A stretch of DNA of 64,000 bases from an uncultured Actinomycetota bacterium (GCA_963737725.1 CAVTTO010000001.1:22730-86729), one strand, 5' to 3'. Shown: positions 1 to 10,780, counted from the stretch's first letter. The notes: generated by a model not told the origin, from the letters alone. Numbers and translations are program-made.

Positions 1-282
1 CGCACCGCGTTCCTCGACCGGCTGACCAGCCAGGCGCTCGCCGTCGAAGAGGCCGTGGCCGAGCTCGGACGCCCCGACATCAACGTCCGCCCGGCGTTCT
101 GCTTCTACGACGCCGACATCCGCTGGCGCCGTACGCCGGAGGTCGGGCAGGCGCTGCTCACGACCCCGCAGCGACTGAGCTCACTGCTGCGTCGAAGCCA
201 CCGGGTGATGAGCGACATCGAGGTCTCGGCCCTGGCCCAGGCGCTCGGGCAGCGACTCCCCCGCCAGCAGGTCCGCGACTAG
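1..282 (+). CDS. 3' end of a CDS that starts upstream of the window (hypothetical protein)
   Basis: Frame 1 is open from base 1 to TAG at 280-282, the same frame as listed ORF 55..282. Third codon positions are GC-rich. No family recognised. Confidence 0.4.
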   Translation, partial: RTAFLDRLTSQALAVEEAVAELGRPDINVRPAFCFYDADIRWRRTPEVGQALLTTPQRLSSLLRRSHRVMSDIEVSALAQALGQRLPRQQVRD

Positions 283-384
283 CCACTCCCGCCCCGGGAG
301 CAGTTTCGGCGAGTCCCGCGCCGACGACCCGGTCAGGCCCCACAATGAGCGAACTCGCTCGTCGGACCGGACCGGAGGCACGTC

Positions 385-3187
385 ATGCCCGCATCTGTCA
401 GGCAGGGTGTGCGGCTGACGGCGCTCGTCACGCTGACGCTCGGTCTTGCACTGCCGACGTCCGGCGCGGAGGCGCTCCGGTCCACACCGGCCATGACCAC
501 CGCGGGTGCCTCGTCAGGCTCGCCTCGGGCAGCCGATCCGGGAGACGGCCGGCCGGTCGGTGACTGGACCGTCGTGTCACACGGAGACGGCGACTACACC
601 GTCCGCTGGACATCGCCGACCACGCTGCCGGTGACCGACGACCGTGCCGTGTTCACGCAGGAGGGCGCTGACGTCGCGGTGCCGACCCTGGGCGCCGACG
701 GCCGCACCCTCAGCGTCGACGTGTCCTTGCCCGACAACGCGCCGCCTCCGGACACCGACGACCTCGACGTGATGCTCTCCGGCCAGGTCCTCGACGCGAT
801 CCGGAGGGCCGACCCCTCCTGGTCAGGCCGTCATCACCCCACTTCCCGGCACGACCACGCTGACACCCGACCCGGGCGTCAAGGGGCCACACCCGATCAC
901 CGCGAGCACGTACGAGCTGCCCGGTGTGAAGATGCCGGGGATGCCGGGTGACATCGAGATGCTCGGCCACGTCGTCCGCCCGAGTGACACGACGGCCGGT
1001 GCCCCGGTGGTGCTCTTCCTCCACGGTCGGCACGAAGCCTGTTACGTCAGTGACAACCCGACCGGGACCGGAGACCAGGAGTGGCCGTGCCCGTCCGGCA
1101 CGAGCCCGGTGCCCAGCTATCTCGGCTACGTCTACGTGCAGAACCTGCTGGCCAGCCAGGGCTACGTCACGGTCTCGATCTCCGCGAACGGGATCAACGC
1201 CCAGGACTACCGGCTCATCGACGGTGGAGCGGCTGCCCGCGGACGGCTGATCGCCCGCCACCTGCGGGCGTGGGCCGACCCGGCGTACGCCGACGAGATC
1301 GGGCCGGCCGTCACCGCCGACCTCGACGACGTGGTGCTCGTCGGCCACAGTCGCGGGGGCGAGGGAGCCAACCGGGCGAGCGCCGCAGCCCCGTTGAGTG
1401 CGCCGTACCGGGTCAGGGGTCAGGTGCTCATCGGCCCCACCGACTTCGGACGACAGGCCGCGCCGTACGTGCCGACGGTGACCGTGCTCCCCTACTGCGA
1501 CGGAGACGTCTCCGACCTGCAGGGCCAGACCTTCACCGACCTGCCGCGTGACTTCGCACCCGCTGACACAGCACTGCACAGCTCGCTGCTGGTCATGGGT
1601 GCCAACCACAACTTCTTCAACACCGAGTGGACGCCGGGCATCTCGGAGGCACCGTCGTTCGACGACTGGTGGTCCGACCCGGACGACACCTGCGGCAGGC
1701 GCAGTGACAGTCGACTGACCGCCAAGGAGCAGCGCAAGACCGGCCGGGCCTACATCTCCGGCGCGGTGCGCTACATGGTCGACGACGACGCCGACATGCT
1801 GCCGCTCTTCGACGGCAGCCGGGTCAGCCTCGCCAGCGCCGGCGACACGGACGTCCGTAGCCACGCGGTCGGCCTCGGCCGGCAGCTGCGGGCTCCGGGA
1901 CCGGGCGCGACGCTGGCCGGCGGCAGCGCGACGACGCAGCTCTGCCTGGGCCGCAGCGAGCCGAGTGACCACCCGCGCTGGTGTGGACGTCGGACCGACT
2001 CGGCACGCACCCCGCACTGGCCGGGCAGCTATCCGCCCGGAGCCCCGATCAAGCGGGCCTTCGAGATGAGCTGGGACCAGGTCGGCGAGGACGGCGGTCT
2101 CACGTTCGCGCAGCCGATCGACCTCACCGGGGGACGGACCCTGCACCTGCGCACGATCGTCGACCCGGCCGGTGGCACCGCCCAGCTGACTGTCCGGATC
2201 CGCGACGCGGCAGGTCACACGGCCACGGTCGACGCACCTGACCTCCCCGCGCTGCCGACGGGTTCGTTCGTGCTCGGCAAGCGGTGGGCGCAGGACCTCG
2301 CCGTCGACGGCTCGGCCTTCGGTCCCGGCGTCGACCTGGACAACGTCACGGGGGTCGCCCTCGTGTCGCGCAACGCCAAGGGCCGCGTCTGGGTCCTCGA
2401 CGTCGCCGCCGGCGAGACCACTCCGTCGCCGGTGCCCGACCAGCGTGCGGGTCGGCTGCGGCTGTCCAACCTGACCATCCCGGAAGGTGACGCGACCGGG
2501 ACCCAGTTCGCCCAGCTGCCCTTCCACATCGACGGTGACGTCTCGGTCCCGACGGACTTCCGGGTCGCACCCGCCGGCTTCTTCGGCAGCGGGTCAGGCG
2601 GCGTCAGCAACGTCCACGTCCCGGCCGGGACCCGGTCCGGCACGATCGCGGTCCCGTACGAGGCCAACCGGCTCGACGACCTCGGTCGGATCGAGATCGA
2701 CGTCGCGGCGTACGGGATCTCCGGCGCGATGCCGACCGACTACATCGGGCGGGTCAAGATCCTCGACGACGACCCGCCGCCGACGATCTCGGTCCACGCC
2801 CGCAGAGCGACCGTGCGCGAGGGCTGGGTCGCCCGGTGGACGGTCCGGCTCTCCCGGCCGGTCAACTTCTACGACGTGGCGATCGGTCAGGTCCTGCCCG
2901 GTCCGACCCGCACCGACGGGCTGCGGGCCACCGACGTCCCGCGTGGATGGCTGCGCGACCACCTGTTCCGCGACATCGATCCGGGACACCGTCGGCTCGA
3001 CAACCTCCCGCTGCAGCTCATTGCCGAGGTTCGGCCAGGTCAGCGTTCGGTGACGTTCGCGATCCCGACCGTTCACGACCAACGGCTCGAGGGTCTCGAG
3101 CACGCGACTCTGCGGGTGCAGCTCGACCGTGGCAACCAGGCCGGACGGAGCTCGGTGCGGGTGCAGGACACCACGCCGCGTCGCTGA
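385..3187 (+). CDS. secreted alpha/beta-hydrolase with Calx-beta-like C-terminal region; frame interrupted once as assembled
   Basis: ATG 385 follows GGAGG (374-378). MPASVRQGVRLTALVTLTLGLALPTSGAEA looks like a signal peptide. ORF 926..3187 carries a hydrolase core (VLVGHSRGG nucleophile elbow) and KILDDDPPPTISV-type C-terminal repeats. Frames 1 and 2 must be joined near 815-825 (...RADPS / GQAVITPLPGTTTLTPDPG...). Confidence 0.7.
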
Positions 3188-3199
3188 CCCAGCCGACGA

Positions 3200-4321
3200 T
3201 CACGGACCGAGCCGATAGACCCGACGGGCGTTCTCGTGGGTGACGAGCGCGATCACCCGGTCGGCGTCCGACGACGTGAGCGCACCCGCCCGGGCGAGCT
3301 CGTCGAGCACTGAGGTCAGTCCGTCGAGGAACAGGTGGGAGCCGAGCAGATAGAGCTCAGCCAGCCCGAACGCGTCACTCGAGTACAGCAGCTTCCCGAA
3401 CGGCACGAGCTCCAACGCCTCCGCGATCAGGGTGCGCGACAACGCCCCGGTGTTGTGCACGGCCAGGCCGACGTCCATGTACACGTGGTCGAAGACCTGC
3501 GCCAGGTAGGCGGCATGCCGGTGGAACGGGTAGTTGTGCAACAGCAACACCGGGACGCCACGGTCCTCGGTCGCCCGGAGAAAGCCCGTCAGGTGCAGCG
3601 GGTCGCAGTCCAGCAGGTCGATGTCCGAGTCGCCGTAGCCGACGTGGAACTGCAGCGGCATACCCGCCTCGACGGCCGTCCAGGCGAGCCAGGCCGTGAC
3701 GACCGGGTCCGCGACGCGGATCGTTCCGTCCGCCTCTCGCTCGATCCGGGCGAGCGCGGTCGCGAGACCGTCGTCGGTCGGCTTCGTCGCGGGCAGCGCC
3801 AGTCCGACGCGGTATGCCGCGATGCTCTTGGCGCCGACGGCAGCCGACTCCGCCAGTCGCGCACCGAAGCGAGCGACGAAGTCGGCCGTGCCCTCGGGCT
3901 CCGCGAGCAGCTGCTCGGTCAGCTGTTCGAGCCGGATGACCTCGTGCGCGTCCGCCCCTCCGGCCAGCTGGGCGAGCTGGTCGGGACCGGTGACCGGTTC
4001 GGGGACGAACCCGGTGTCGACGACGAACGTCGTGACGCCCGACGCGGCGAGCATGCGCCGGGCCACCTCCTCGTGGCCGAGCTCCCTTCGTCGCCGGACA
4101 TAGCTGTCGACGTCGGCGAACGGATCGAGGTCCAGCACGGGCGCGCAGTGCCGCCGCAGCGCAAGCCCGAGCATCGAGTCGAAGACCGAGGTCCCGGACG
4201 GCGCCTGACCGGAGCCCTCGTTGAGCAGCGCCTCGAGCCCCACCCGGTCGAGATCGCGCAGCACCAGGCCGTGACAGTGATGGTCGACCAGCGGCTGCGG
4301 ACCGCGAGCCGCTGTCGTCAT
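3200..4321 (-). CDS. amidohydrolase-family metal-dependent hydrolase
   Basis: ORF 3200..4741 trimmed to ATG 4321 (MTTAARGPQPLVDHHCHGLV...). It has an N-terminal HxH metal motif and is TIM-barrel amidohydrolase-like throughout. Divergent from the GS-like gene. Confidence 0.75.
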   Translation of the reverse strand: MTTAARGPQPLVDHHCHGLVLRDLDRVGLEALLNEGSGQAPSGTSVFDSMLGLALRRHCAPVLDLDPFADVDSYVRRRRELGHEEVARRMLAASGVTTFVVDTGFVPEPVTGPDQLAQLAGGADAHEVIRLEQLTEQLLAEPEGTADFVARFGARLAESAAVGAKSIAAYRVGLALPATKPTDDGLATALARIEREADGTIRVADPVVTAWLAWTAVEAGMPLQFHVGYGDSDIDLLDCDPLHLTGFLRATEDRGVPVLLLHNYPFHRHAAYLAQVFDHVYMDVGLAVHNTGALSRTLIAEALELVPFGKLLYSSDAFGLAELYLLGSHLFLDGLTSVLDELARAGALTSSDADRVIALVTHENARRVYRLGP

Positions 4322-4460
4322 CACGATCACCTCGATGTCTCCGCGTGATCCCGGAACGGATGCCGCAGCCGATGGTGCTGTCCGGGGTGACTCCCTACGA
4401 TGCGAGTGTGGTGGCCGCCGCGCCGGTTTGTCCATCGACCCCGGCGCAGGCACCCAGCTC

Positions 4461-5855
4461 ATGAGGGAAGGGGACGACGTGGACGTCGCCGAGCGTGAAG
4501 CCAGGGCTGCCGCCGCCAAAGAGGTTGCGGAGCGGCTGCGCGAGCAGGACGTCGTCGCGGTCGCGACCACCTTCGTCGACAACTCCGGCATCGCCCGGGT
4601 CAAGTGCGTCCCGCTCGATCGCCTCGCGCACCTCGCAGCCTGGGGCGTCGGGATCTCGACCTCGTTCGACCGGTTCCGGTTCGACGACTGGATCGCCGCC
4701 GACCCGGACGGTCGCGCGCCGGTCGGAGACCTGCGCATCATCCCCGACGTGCGTCGGGTGGTTCCGCTGGCCGCGCAGCCGGGGTGGGCCTGGGCACCGG
4801 CCGACCGGTACGACCAGGAAGGTCACGAGCACGACCAGTGCAGTCGACTGCTGTTGCAGCGCCTGGTCGACGAGCTCGCGGCCGACGGGATGACCGTCAA
4901 GGCCGCCCTCGAGATCGAGTGGGTGATCAGCCACGAGCCCACCGAGGGCTTCGACGCCGCCATCCGCGGTCCGGGCTACGGCATGAACCGCGTGATCGAC
5001 GTCAGCGACTATGCGGTCGACGTGCTCCAGGCACTGTCCGACCAGGGCGTCGTCGTCGAGCAGTTCCATCCCGAGTACGCGCCCGGGCAGCTCGAGATCT
5101 CGGTCGCCGCGGAGTCCCCGGTCGACGCCGCGGACACCTCGGTCCTGGTCCGCGCGACGATCCGCGGCATCGGGGCGCGCCACGGCTTCCGGACGTCGTA
5201 CTCCCCCAAGGTCGCGGTCCCCGGAGTCGGCAACGGCGGGCACGTGCACCTGAGCCTGTGGCGGGACGACACGAACCTGATGGCCGGTGGCGACGGGCCG
5301 TTCGGCCTCACGGCCGAGGCCGGTTCGTTCGCGGCCGGCGTCCTCGATCACCTGCCGGCGTTGATGGCGGTCGGGGCGCCTGGCCCGGTCAGCTACCTGC
5401 GTCACCTGCCGTCGCACTGGGCCGGCACCTTCGCCTGCTGGGGACTGGAGAACAGGGAGGCGGCGCTGCGGATGGTCACCGGCTCGACCGGCAGCCATGC
5501 GTGGGCGGCCAACCTCGAGGTCAAGTGCTTCGACCTGCACGCCAACCCGTACCTGTTGCTGGCCGGCCTGCTGGCCACCGGGCGCGCCGGTATGACGCAG
5601 GGGTCCACCCTCCCCGAGCCGGTCGACGTCGACCCTGCCGTCCTGGACGAGGCGGCCCTGGCCGAGCGGGGCATCGCCCGGTTGCCGCAGGACCTGCGCA
5701 CGGCCACGGACGCCTTCGCGACAGACTCGGTGCTGGCCGACGCCTTCGGTCCGGCCCTGGCCGCGTCGGTCGTGGCGCTGCGGGAGAGCGAGCTCGAGCT
5801 CTTCGACGGCGTCAGCGACGAGGACCTCGCCGCAGCCACCCGCTGGCAGCACTGA
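4461..5855 (+). CDS. glutamine synthetase family protein (gamma-glutamyl ligase-like)
   Basis: ORF 4335..5855 trimmed to ATG 4461 (MREGDDVDVAER...). GS catalytic-domain-like blocks are present (FHPEYAPGQLEISV, NGGHVHLSLW, ENREAALR). Confidence 0.8.
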   Translation: MREGDDVDVAEREARAAAAKEVAERLREQDVVAVATTFVDNSGIARVKCVPLDRLAHLAAWGVGISTSFDRFRFDDWIAADPDGRAPVGDLRIIPDVRRVVPLAAQPGWAWAPADRYDQEGHEHDQCSRLLLQRLVDELAADGMTVKAALEIEWVISHEPTEGFDAAIRGPGYGMNRVIDVSDYAVDVLQALSDQGVVVEQFHPEYAPGQLEISVAAESPVDAADTSVLVRATIRGIGARHGFRTSYSPKVAVPGVGNGGHVHLSLWRDDTNLMAGGDGPFGLTAEAGSFAAGVLDHLPALMAVGAPGPVSYLRHLPSHWAGTFACWGLENREAALRMVTGSTGSHAWAANLEVKCFDLHANPYLLLAGLLATGRAGMTQGSTLPEPVDVDPAVLDEAALAERGIARLPQDLRTATDAFATDSVLADAFGPALAASVVALRESELELFDGVSDEDLAAATRWQH

Positions 5856-6036
5856 GCAGATGGCAGCCCCGGCGAAGCCGGACCTGTCACGGATGTATCC
5901 CGGCGACCGGTGATCCCGGCTGTCCGGCCGACTCGCCGGTGTCCGTTGTGCCGACGGGGAAGGCATGTGATTCACTCGAAGCCCGGCCTGCGCCCCTGGG
6001 TGGGCGCCTCCCCTACCCCCGGAACGGTGATCGTTC

Positions 6037-6984
6037 GTGCCGCAACCCCGTCACAAGGGTCGTCACGTGCGCGCTCGCAAGAGCGGCGTCTGGTCCACCC
6101 GGCTGGCCGTCCCTGCGACTGTCGTGGCCGTGCTCGCGGCCGGCAGCGTGGGCTATGCCGTGCTCCCGGGTCATGGGCGGCCCACGGTCGACGCCGGTGC
6201 AGGACTTCCCGACTCACGCTCGCTCGGCACCGTGGACCTGTCGCAGCGCGGCACGGACAGCGACTCCGAGCAGGCGGTCAGCCGCTCGGCGACCCGCCCG
6301 GAGCCGCAGCCCGGCCGGTCCGGCGTCGAGACCGCTGAGGTCCCCGAGCCGAGCGACCATCTCTGGGCGACCGCCGAGCTCAACCTGTGGTCCGGACCCG
6401 GTGAGGACACCGACCTGGTCGGAGTGGTTCCCGACGGCACACGCGTCGCCGTGACCGGTGCGGAGGAGAACGGGTTCGCGGAGATCGTCCGCGACGGCTA
6501 CGCACGGTGGGTCAACGCCACCTACCTCTCCGAGGACAACCCGACGACCAGCACGTCCACGGCGCCGGGCACGGTCTCCTACGCGCCCTGCCGGCTCGGC
6601 AGCTCGGTCGAGAGCGGGCTCACGCCCGATGCCGTGCGCGTCTACCGGGCTGTCTGCGCCGCCTTCCCGCAAGTCACGTCGTACGGCGGCCTGCGGCCCG
6701 GCGACTCCGGCGAGCACGGGACCGGCCAGGCCCTCGACATCATGACGTCCGACAAGGCGCTCGGCGACGAGATCGCCGCCTGGGTCGTCGACCACCGCAC
6801 CGAGCTCGGCGTCAGCGAGGTGCTGTGGTGGCAGCAGATCTGGACGGTCGAGCGGATGAGCGAGGGTTGGCGGCCGTTCTCCGACCGCGGCTCCGCGACC
6901 GCCAACCACATGGACCACGTCCACGTCACCGTCTACGGCGAGTCGGGACGGGCTAGACCCTGCGCGAGCTGCGGGCGGGCCTAG
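6037..6984 (+). CDS. membrane-anchored/secreted SH3-domain protein with conserved C-terminal domain
   Basis: GTG 6037, with GTG 6067 as an alternative start. Basic N-terminus plus a hydrophobic segment (LAVPATVVAVLAAGSVGYAV). SH3b-like middle region (LWSGPGEDTDLVGVVPDGTRVAVTG...YARWVNATYL). Conserved tail (GGLRPGDSGEHGTGQALDIM...HMDHVHVTVY). Confidence 0.6.
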   Translation: MPQPRHKGRHVRARKSGVWSTRLAVPATVVAVLAAGSVGYAVLPGHGRPTVDAGAGLPDSRSLGTVDLSQRGTDSDSEQAVSRSATRPEPQPGRSGVETAEVPEPSDHLWATAELNLWSGPGEDTDLVGVVPDGTRVAVTGAEENGFAEIVRDGYARWVNATYLSEDNPTTSTSTAPGTVSYAPCRLGSSVESGLTPDAVRVYRAVCAAFPQVTSYGGLRPGDSGEHGTGQALDIMTSDKALGDEIAAWVVDHRTELGVSEVLWWQQIWTVERMSEGWRPFSDRGSATANHMDHVHVTVYGESGRARPCASCGRA

Positions 6985-7514
6985 TCGACGACGGGGCTGC
7001 GAGGCGCCTCGACGGAGCGGTTGGAGCGCGCGGCCGCCATGTTCTTGCGCATCATCGCCGCGAAGCGACGATCGGCCCAGCGCAGCCGCATGCCCTTGCT
7101 GACCGCGACCAGGAACACCACGGTCTGCAGCGCGGCGACGCCGTAGAAGACCATCGGGAAGTCGGGGCCGGACCCGAACAGCTCGGCGTTGTGCAGGTAG
7201 CGCTCACGGGCGTTGTCGACGATGGTGAACATCTGGCCGGACGTGAGCAGGAGGCCCAGCACGCCCAACGAAAGGCTGGCGCGACCGAGCCGGTAGAGCG
7301 GGATGGCTGCGAGGGTGCCGGCGACCAGCCACTCGAGCCGGAACATCTCGTGACCGGACATCGGCATCCCGAGCCACACCGACGCGTCAGGGAGGGCCAG
7401 GGCGTCCACGATGCCGCAGGCGGCGGCGACGACGAGCAGCCACCCCACGCCCGCCCACACGTCAGGCCGGCCTTGGAGTGTGTCTGCCTTCCCCAGAGGG
7501 GACGTGGCACTCAT
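6981..7514 (-). CDS. hypothetical integral membrane protein
   Basis: ORF 6981..7550 trimmed to ATG 7514 (MSATSPLGK...). Four to five hydrophobic segments. No family recognised. Confidence 0.5.
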   Translation of the reverse strand: MSATSPLGKADTLQGRPDVWAGVGWLLVVAAACGIVDALALPDASVWLGMPMSGHEMFRLEWLVAGTLAAIPLYRLGRASLSLGVLGLLLTSGQMFTIVDNARERYLHNAELFGSGPDFPMVFYGVAALQTVVFLVAVSKGMRLRWADRRFAAMMRKNMAAARSNRSVEAPRSPVVD

Positions 7515-7610
7515 CGCAGAACATCGTGCTGCGCCGCACCGACAGTTCACCCGCTCCGGGGTGAATCGGAACCACGTCGTTACCAGTTCGCGACCTTCCG
7601 GCCGGGATTC

Positions 7611-8606
7611 TCAGGCGAGCCGGACCCGTGGGTCGATGAAGCTGTAGAGGATGTCGACGAACAGGTTCGCGATCACGATCAGGATGGCCGCGACGAGCAC
7701 GCTGGCCGCGATCACGGGGAAGTCCACCGGCGAGAGCGCGTCGATCGACCAGTTGCCGAGGCCGTCCAGGTCGAAGATGTACTCGATGAAGATGGTGCCG
7801 GTGAGCAGCCCGGCGAAGTCGAGCCCGAAGATCGTCACGATCGGCACGATCGCCGCCCGCAACGCGTGCCCGAACACCACCCGGTTCGCCGAGATGCCCT
7901 TCGCCATGGCCGTGCGGATGTAGTCCTCCCCCAGCACCTCGGCCATCGCCCCGCGGGTGAACCTCGCGTAGTCGGTCGAGCTGGTGAGCCCGAGGATGAG
8001 CCACGGCAGCAGCAACGCACCGAACCACGCCTTGGGGTCCTGGGTCAGGGGTAGGTAGCTGTCCCCGTCCTTGAAGATCCCCCACTCGTTGACCAGGTAG
8101 ATCCACGCAGTCAGGCAGATCACGTACTCAGGGACCGAGCTCATCATCAGGCTGCCGGTGACCAGTGACCGGTCGGTGATCGAGCCCCGCCATCGCGCGG
8201 CCAGCGCGCCCATCGTGACGCCGACGGTCAGGAAGATGATCGACCCGCCGACCGCCACCGCGATCGTCACCGGGAACTTGTCGATCATCTCCTTCCGCAC
8301 CTCCTGACGCGAGATGTAGGAGATGCCGAGACAGGGCGCGTCGCAGTGGTACGTCGCGCCCATCTGGATCTCGCGGTCGACGAACAGCCCCTTGACGAAC
8401 GCGCCGTACTGCGACACGACGCTCTGGTCGAGGCCGAGCTCGTGCTCGAGGGCGGCCTGTCGAGCGGCCGTGCACCGGCCGCTGCGCTGGCAGATCGCGT
8501 CTGCCGGATTGCTCGGGCCGAGGAAGAACAACGCGAAAACGCACATGGACGTGATCACCACGACGAGGAACGCCGCGATGATGCGGCGCACGATGTAGCC
8601 GAACAT
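7611..8606 (-). CDS. ABC transporter permease, DppB/OppB (peptide/nickel) type
   Basis: ATG 8606. The MFGYIVRRIIAAFLVVVITS N-terminus and the ...FVDILYSFIDPRVRLA C-terminus are hallmarks of this permease class. No SBP, second permease or ATPase gene is adjacent. Confidence 0.85.
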   Translation of the reverse strand: MFGYIVRRIIAAFLVVVITSMCVFALFFLGPSNPADAICQRSGRCTAARQAALEHELGLDQSVVSQYGAFVKGLFVDREIQMGATYHCDAPCLGISYISRQEVRKEMIDKFPVTIAVAVGGSIIFLTVGVTMGALAARWRGSITDRSLVTGSLMMSSVPEYVICLTAWIYLVNEWGIFKDGDSYLPLTQDPKAWFGALLLPWLILGLTSSTDYARFTRGAMAEVLGEDYIRTAMAKGISANRVVFGHALRAAIVPIVTIFGLDFAGLLTGTIFIEYIFDLDGLGNWSIDALSPVDFPVIAASVLVAAILIVIANLFVDILYSFIDPRVRLA

Positions 8607-8717
8607 GAAGCCAGCTTTCGCTCTGCGGTCCCCGGTGCCCGAGCGCACCCTCCTCCTGGCTGGACCCTCAGGGTACGTCGGTCAGACGCGCCGGCTCACT
8701 CGGGGATCGCGCCGGGA

Positions 8718-8987
8718 TCAGCGCGCCTCGGATCGCTCCTCGCGGAGCACCAGGTCGGCGAGCCGGCGCAGGTCGTCGGTCAGGTCCTGCTCCTGGACCG
8801 TGACCTCCTGCCCGCCGAGCACGAAGACGTAGCTGAAGCGGTCGGGCTGCGGGGCGGTGCGGGCGGCCGACGCGAAGTCGATCCGGCCGAGCAGAGCCAG
8901 CGCCTCGTCCCTGCGGGGATCGCCCTCGTCGATGAAGCCGCTGGAGGTGAGTCCGGCGAATCCACCACTGCGCCGCACCTCGAGCAC
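8718..8987 (-). CDS. emfourin-like (M4in) protease inhibitor
   Basis: 89-codon ORF. ...VRRSGGFAGL...DRFSYVFVLGGQEVTVQEQDL... fits my memory of the emfourin family. It lies directly 3' of an M4 protease gene, as in the described bicistronic arrangement. Confidence 0.6.
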   Translation of the reverse strand: MLEVRRSGGFAGLTSSGFIDEGDPRRDEALALLGRIDFASAARTAPQPDRFSYVFVLGGQEVTVQEQDLTDDLRRLADLVLREERSEAR

Positions 8988-9029
8988 CGGCCGTCCGGTC
9001 GGCTCTCCTCCCGTCGGGGCACCAGAGCT

Positions 9030-10084
9030 CTACCGGTCGTGACTCCCACCGCTGCCCACGCGTCGGCGACAGCCTGTTCCTGTCGGGAACCTGCACCATG
9101 CCGGTCGCGTGCCGCCGACACGGTCGCTGCGGCGAAGCCCGCGAAGCCCGTGTTCGTCGTCGACCGCACCACCGGTCAGTGCGGCGTACCAGATCGGTCC
9201 GGCCTCGTCCCAGCTGCTGCCGCCGAGCGCCACGGCCGCCAGGTAGAAGGCCCGGTTCGGGATGCCGGAGTTGATGTGCACGCCCACCGTTGTCGTCGGT
9301 CGTCTCGACGTAGTCGCTCATCGATCCGACCTGCGGGTCCTTGCCCAGCACGTCGTCGTCGTACGCCGTGCCCGGGTCCTTCATCGAGCGCAACGCGACA
9401 CCTTGGACCTCGGCCGTGAAGATGCCCTCACCGATCAGCCAGTCCGCGTCAGCGGACGTCTCACCCGCCTCGCGCTGCTTGACCATGCTGCCGAAGACGT
9501 CGGACACCGACTCGTTGAGCGCTCCCGACTGTCCTTCGTAGGCGAGCGCCGCCGAGTACTGCGTCACCGCGTGGCCGAACTCGTGGCCGAGCACGTCGAG
9601 GGACCGGGTGAAGCGACCGAACACCTTGCCGTCGCCGTCGCCGAAGACCAGCTGGTCACCGTTCCAGAAGGCGTTGTCGTAGTCGCGGCCGTAGTGGACG
9701 GTCGCGACGACCGGGGCGCCCTCGTCGTCGTAGGAACGCCGCGACAGCACCGATGCGAAGAAGTCCAAGGTCGCGGTCAGACCGGCGGCGGCCTCGTCGA
9801 CGGCGGCGTCGCCGGACTCGCGGTCTCCGGCCGAGCGCACGAGGGCGCCGGGCAGCGTCGTGCCGTGTTCGGCGTCGTGGACCGTCCACTCCGACTGATC
9901 GGCCTGACGCGGGACGCTGAGGAGATCGGTGCGGCCCGGATGGTCGCGTCGCTGGTTCCGCAGCTCGGCGTCGAGGACCAGGGTGGCGGCGCAGCAACCG
10001 GGACGCTTCGCGATCCGGGTGCGATGCGGCGATCCGCTCGAGGAGGAAGGTCGGGATGAAGGTGCAGTGCGTCACCGTCCACAC
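9030..10084 (-). pseudogene. protealysin-type M4 (thermolysin family) metalloprotease, frame interrupted at least 3 times as assembled
   Basis: Fragments lie in three frames. MWTVTHCTFIPTFLLERIAASHPD is the propeptide start. ...VLGHEFGHAVTQ... (HExxH) and ...GALNESVSDVFG are in ORF 8668..9840. GVHINSGIPNRAFYLAA is in ORF 9030..9287. FAGFAAATVSAA...AVADAWAAVGV is in ORF 8780..9172. Frame changes occur near 10000, 9284 (CCC run) and 9170. Confidence 0.8.
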
Positions 10085-10134
10085 CTAACTCGGTGGGCAT
10101 CGGCCTGTCCACCGAAGTGCTAATCTGCGCACGT

Positions 10135-10780
10135 TCATCCCCCCTGTGTCCGCGCAGATTGCGGTGAACGACGCTCAATTCGCAGTAGGACGGACCGCCC
10201 CCGGTAGAGCGGGAACTCGTGGCTGCCGCCGACGAACGCCGTCTTCCAGGAGCTGTCGTCGTAGAAGTAGGCGCCGGGGTCTCGCGGCGTGAAGAGCGAG
10301 CGCTGCGTGCGATGCCGGCGCCGATCCGCGCGGCCTGGTCGAGGATGGAGCGCATCGGTGTCGTCGGGCGCGAACGGCTGCCCGTGCGACGATGCCGATC
10401 GGCGGCGAGCTGTCCGGCGCGTTCGGGGTCGAGCGCCGTCGGCGGGCTCCTCGTGGACGATGGAGGTGACCTCCTCGAAGAAGCGAGAAGTCGTTGGCGT
10501 GGATGCCGTTGAACGACGGCCTCGGCGAAGTTCGACGAACACCGGTCGCAGGCGGATCATCGGCCTCGGCGAGCGAGTAGATGCGCGTGGTCAGGCAGGC
10601 GTGAACGCCGTCGAGCGCGCGGATGACGAGCCAGTTCGAGTAGGTCGGCGACTGGAACGACGAAGTAGCCGTCGGGCACGTCGCCGTCGTGGTCGGGCGG
10701 CAGGAACAGGTACTTGCCGCCCTGGCCCTGTGCCGCCGTCGGATGACCCGGCCGCAGACAGGAGTAAGGCCCCTCAACGT
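10135..10780 (-). pseudogene. internal remnant of a DUF1254/DUF1214-family gene
   Basis: ...YSNWLVIRALDGVHACLTTRIYSLAEADDP... (ORF 10175..10777), then ...FNGIHANDFS / FFEEVTSIVHEEPAD... and DPGAYFYDDSSWKTAFVGGSHEF (ORF 10135..10560) resemble internal parts of DUF1254/DUF1214 proteins. Both termini are missing and there are several frame changes. Confidence 0.55.

Noticed and set aside
710-2527. 605-aa ORF antisense to the secreted hydrolase gene
   Set aside because: It is Arg/Gly/Pro/Val-rich with no recognisable domain and is fully overlapped by a gene with clear hydrolase motifs. This is a typical shadow ORF of high-GC DNA.
5856-6036. Possible ydaO (cyclic-di-AMP) riboswitch upstream of the SH3/cell-wall-type gene
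   Set aside because: Some GGTGATC/ACGGGG-like strings are present. The highly conserved 3' segment I remember (CAGCTAACC...GTAAGCG) is absent, so I cannot support the call without a covariance-model search.
4604-6454. 616-aa plus-strand ORF overlapping the GS-like gene out of frame
   Set aside because: Extreme Arg/Pro/Gly composition, no motifs, and in the wrong frame relative to a well-supported GS-family CDS.
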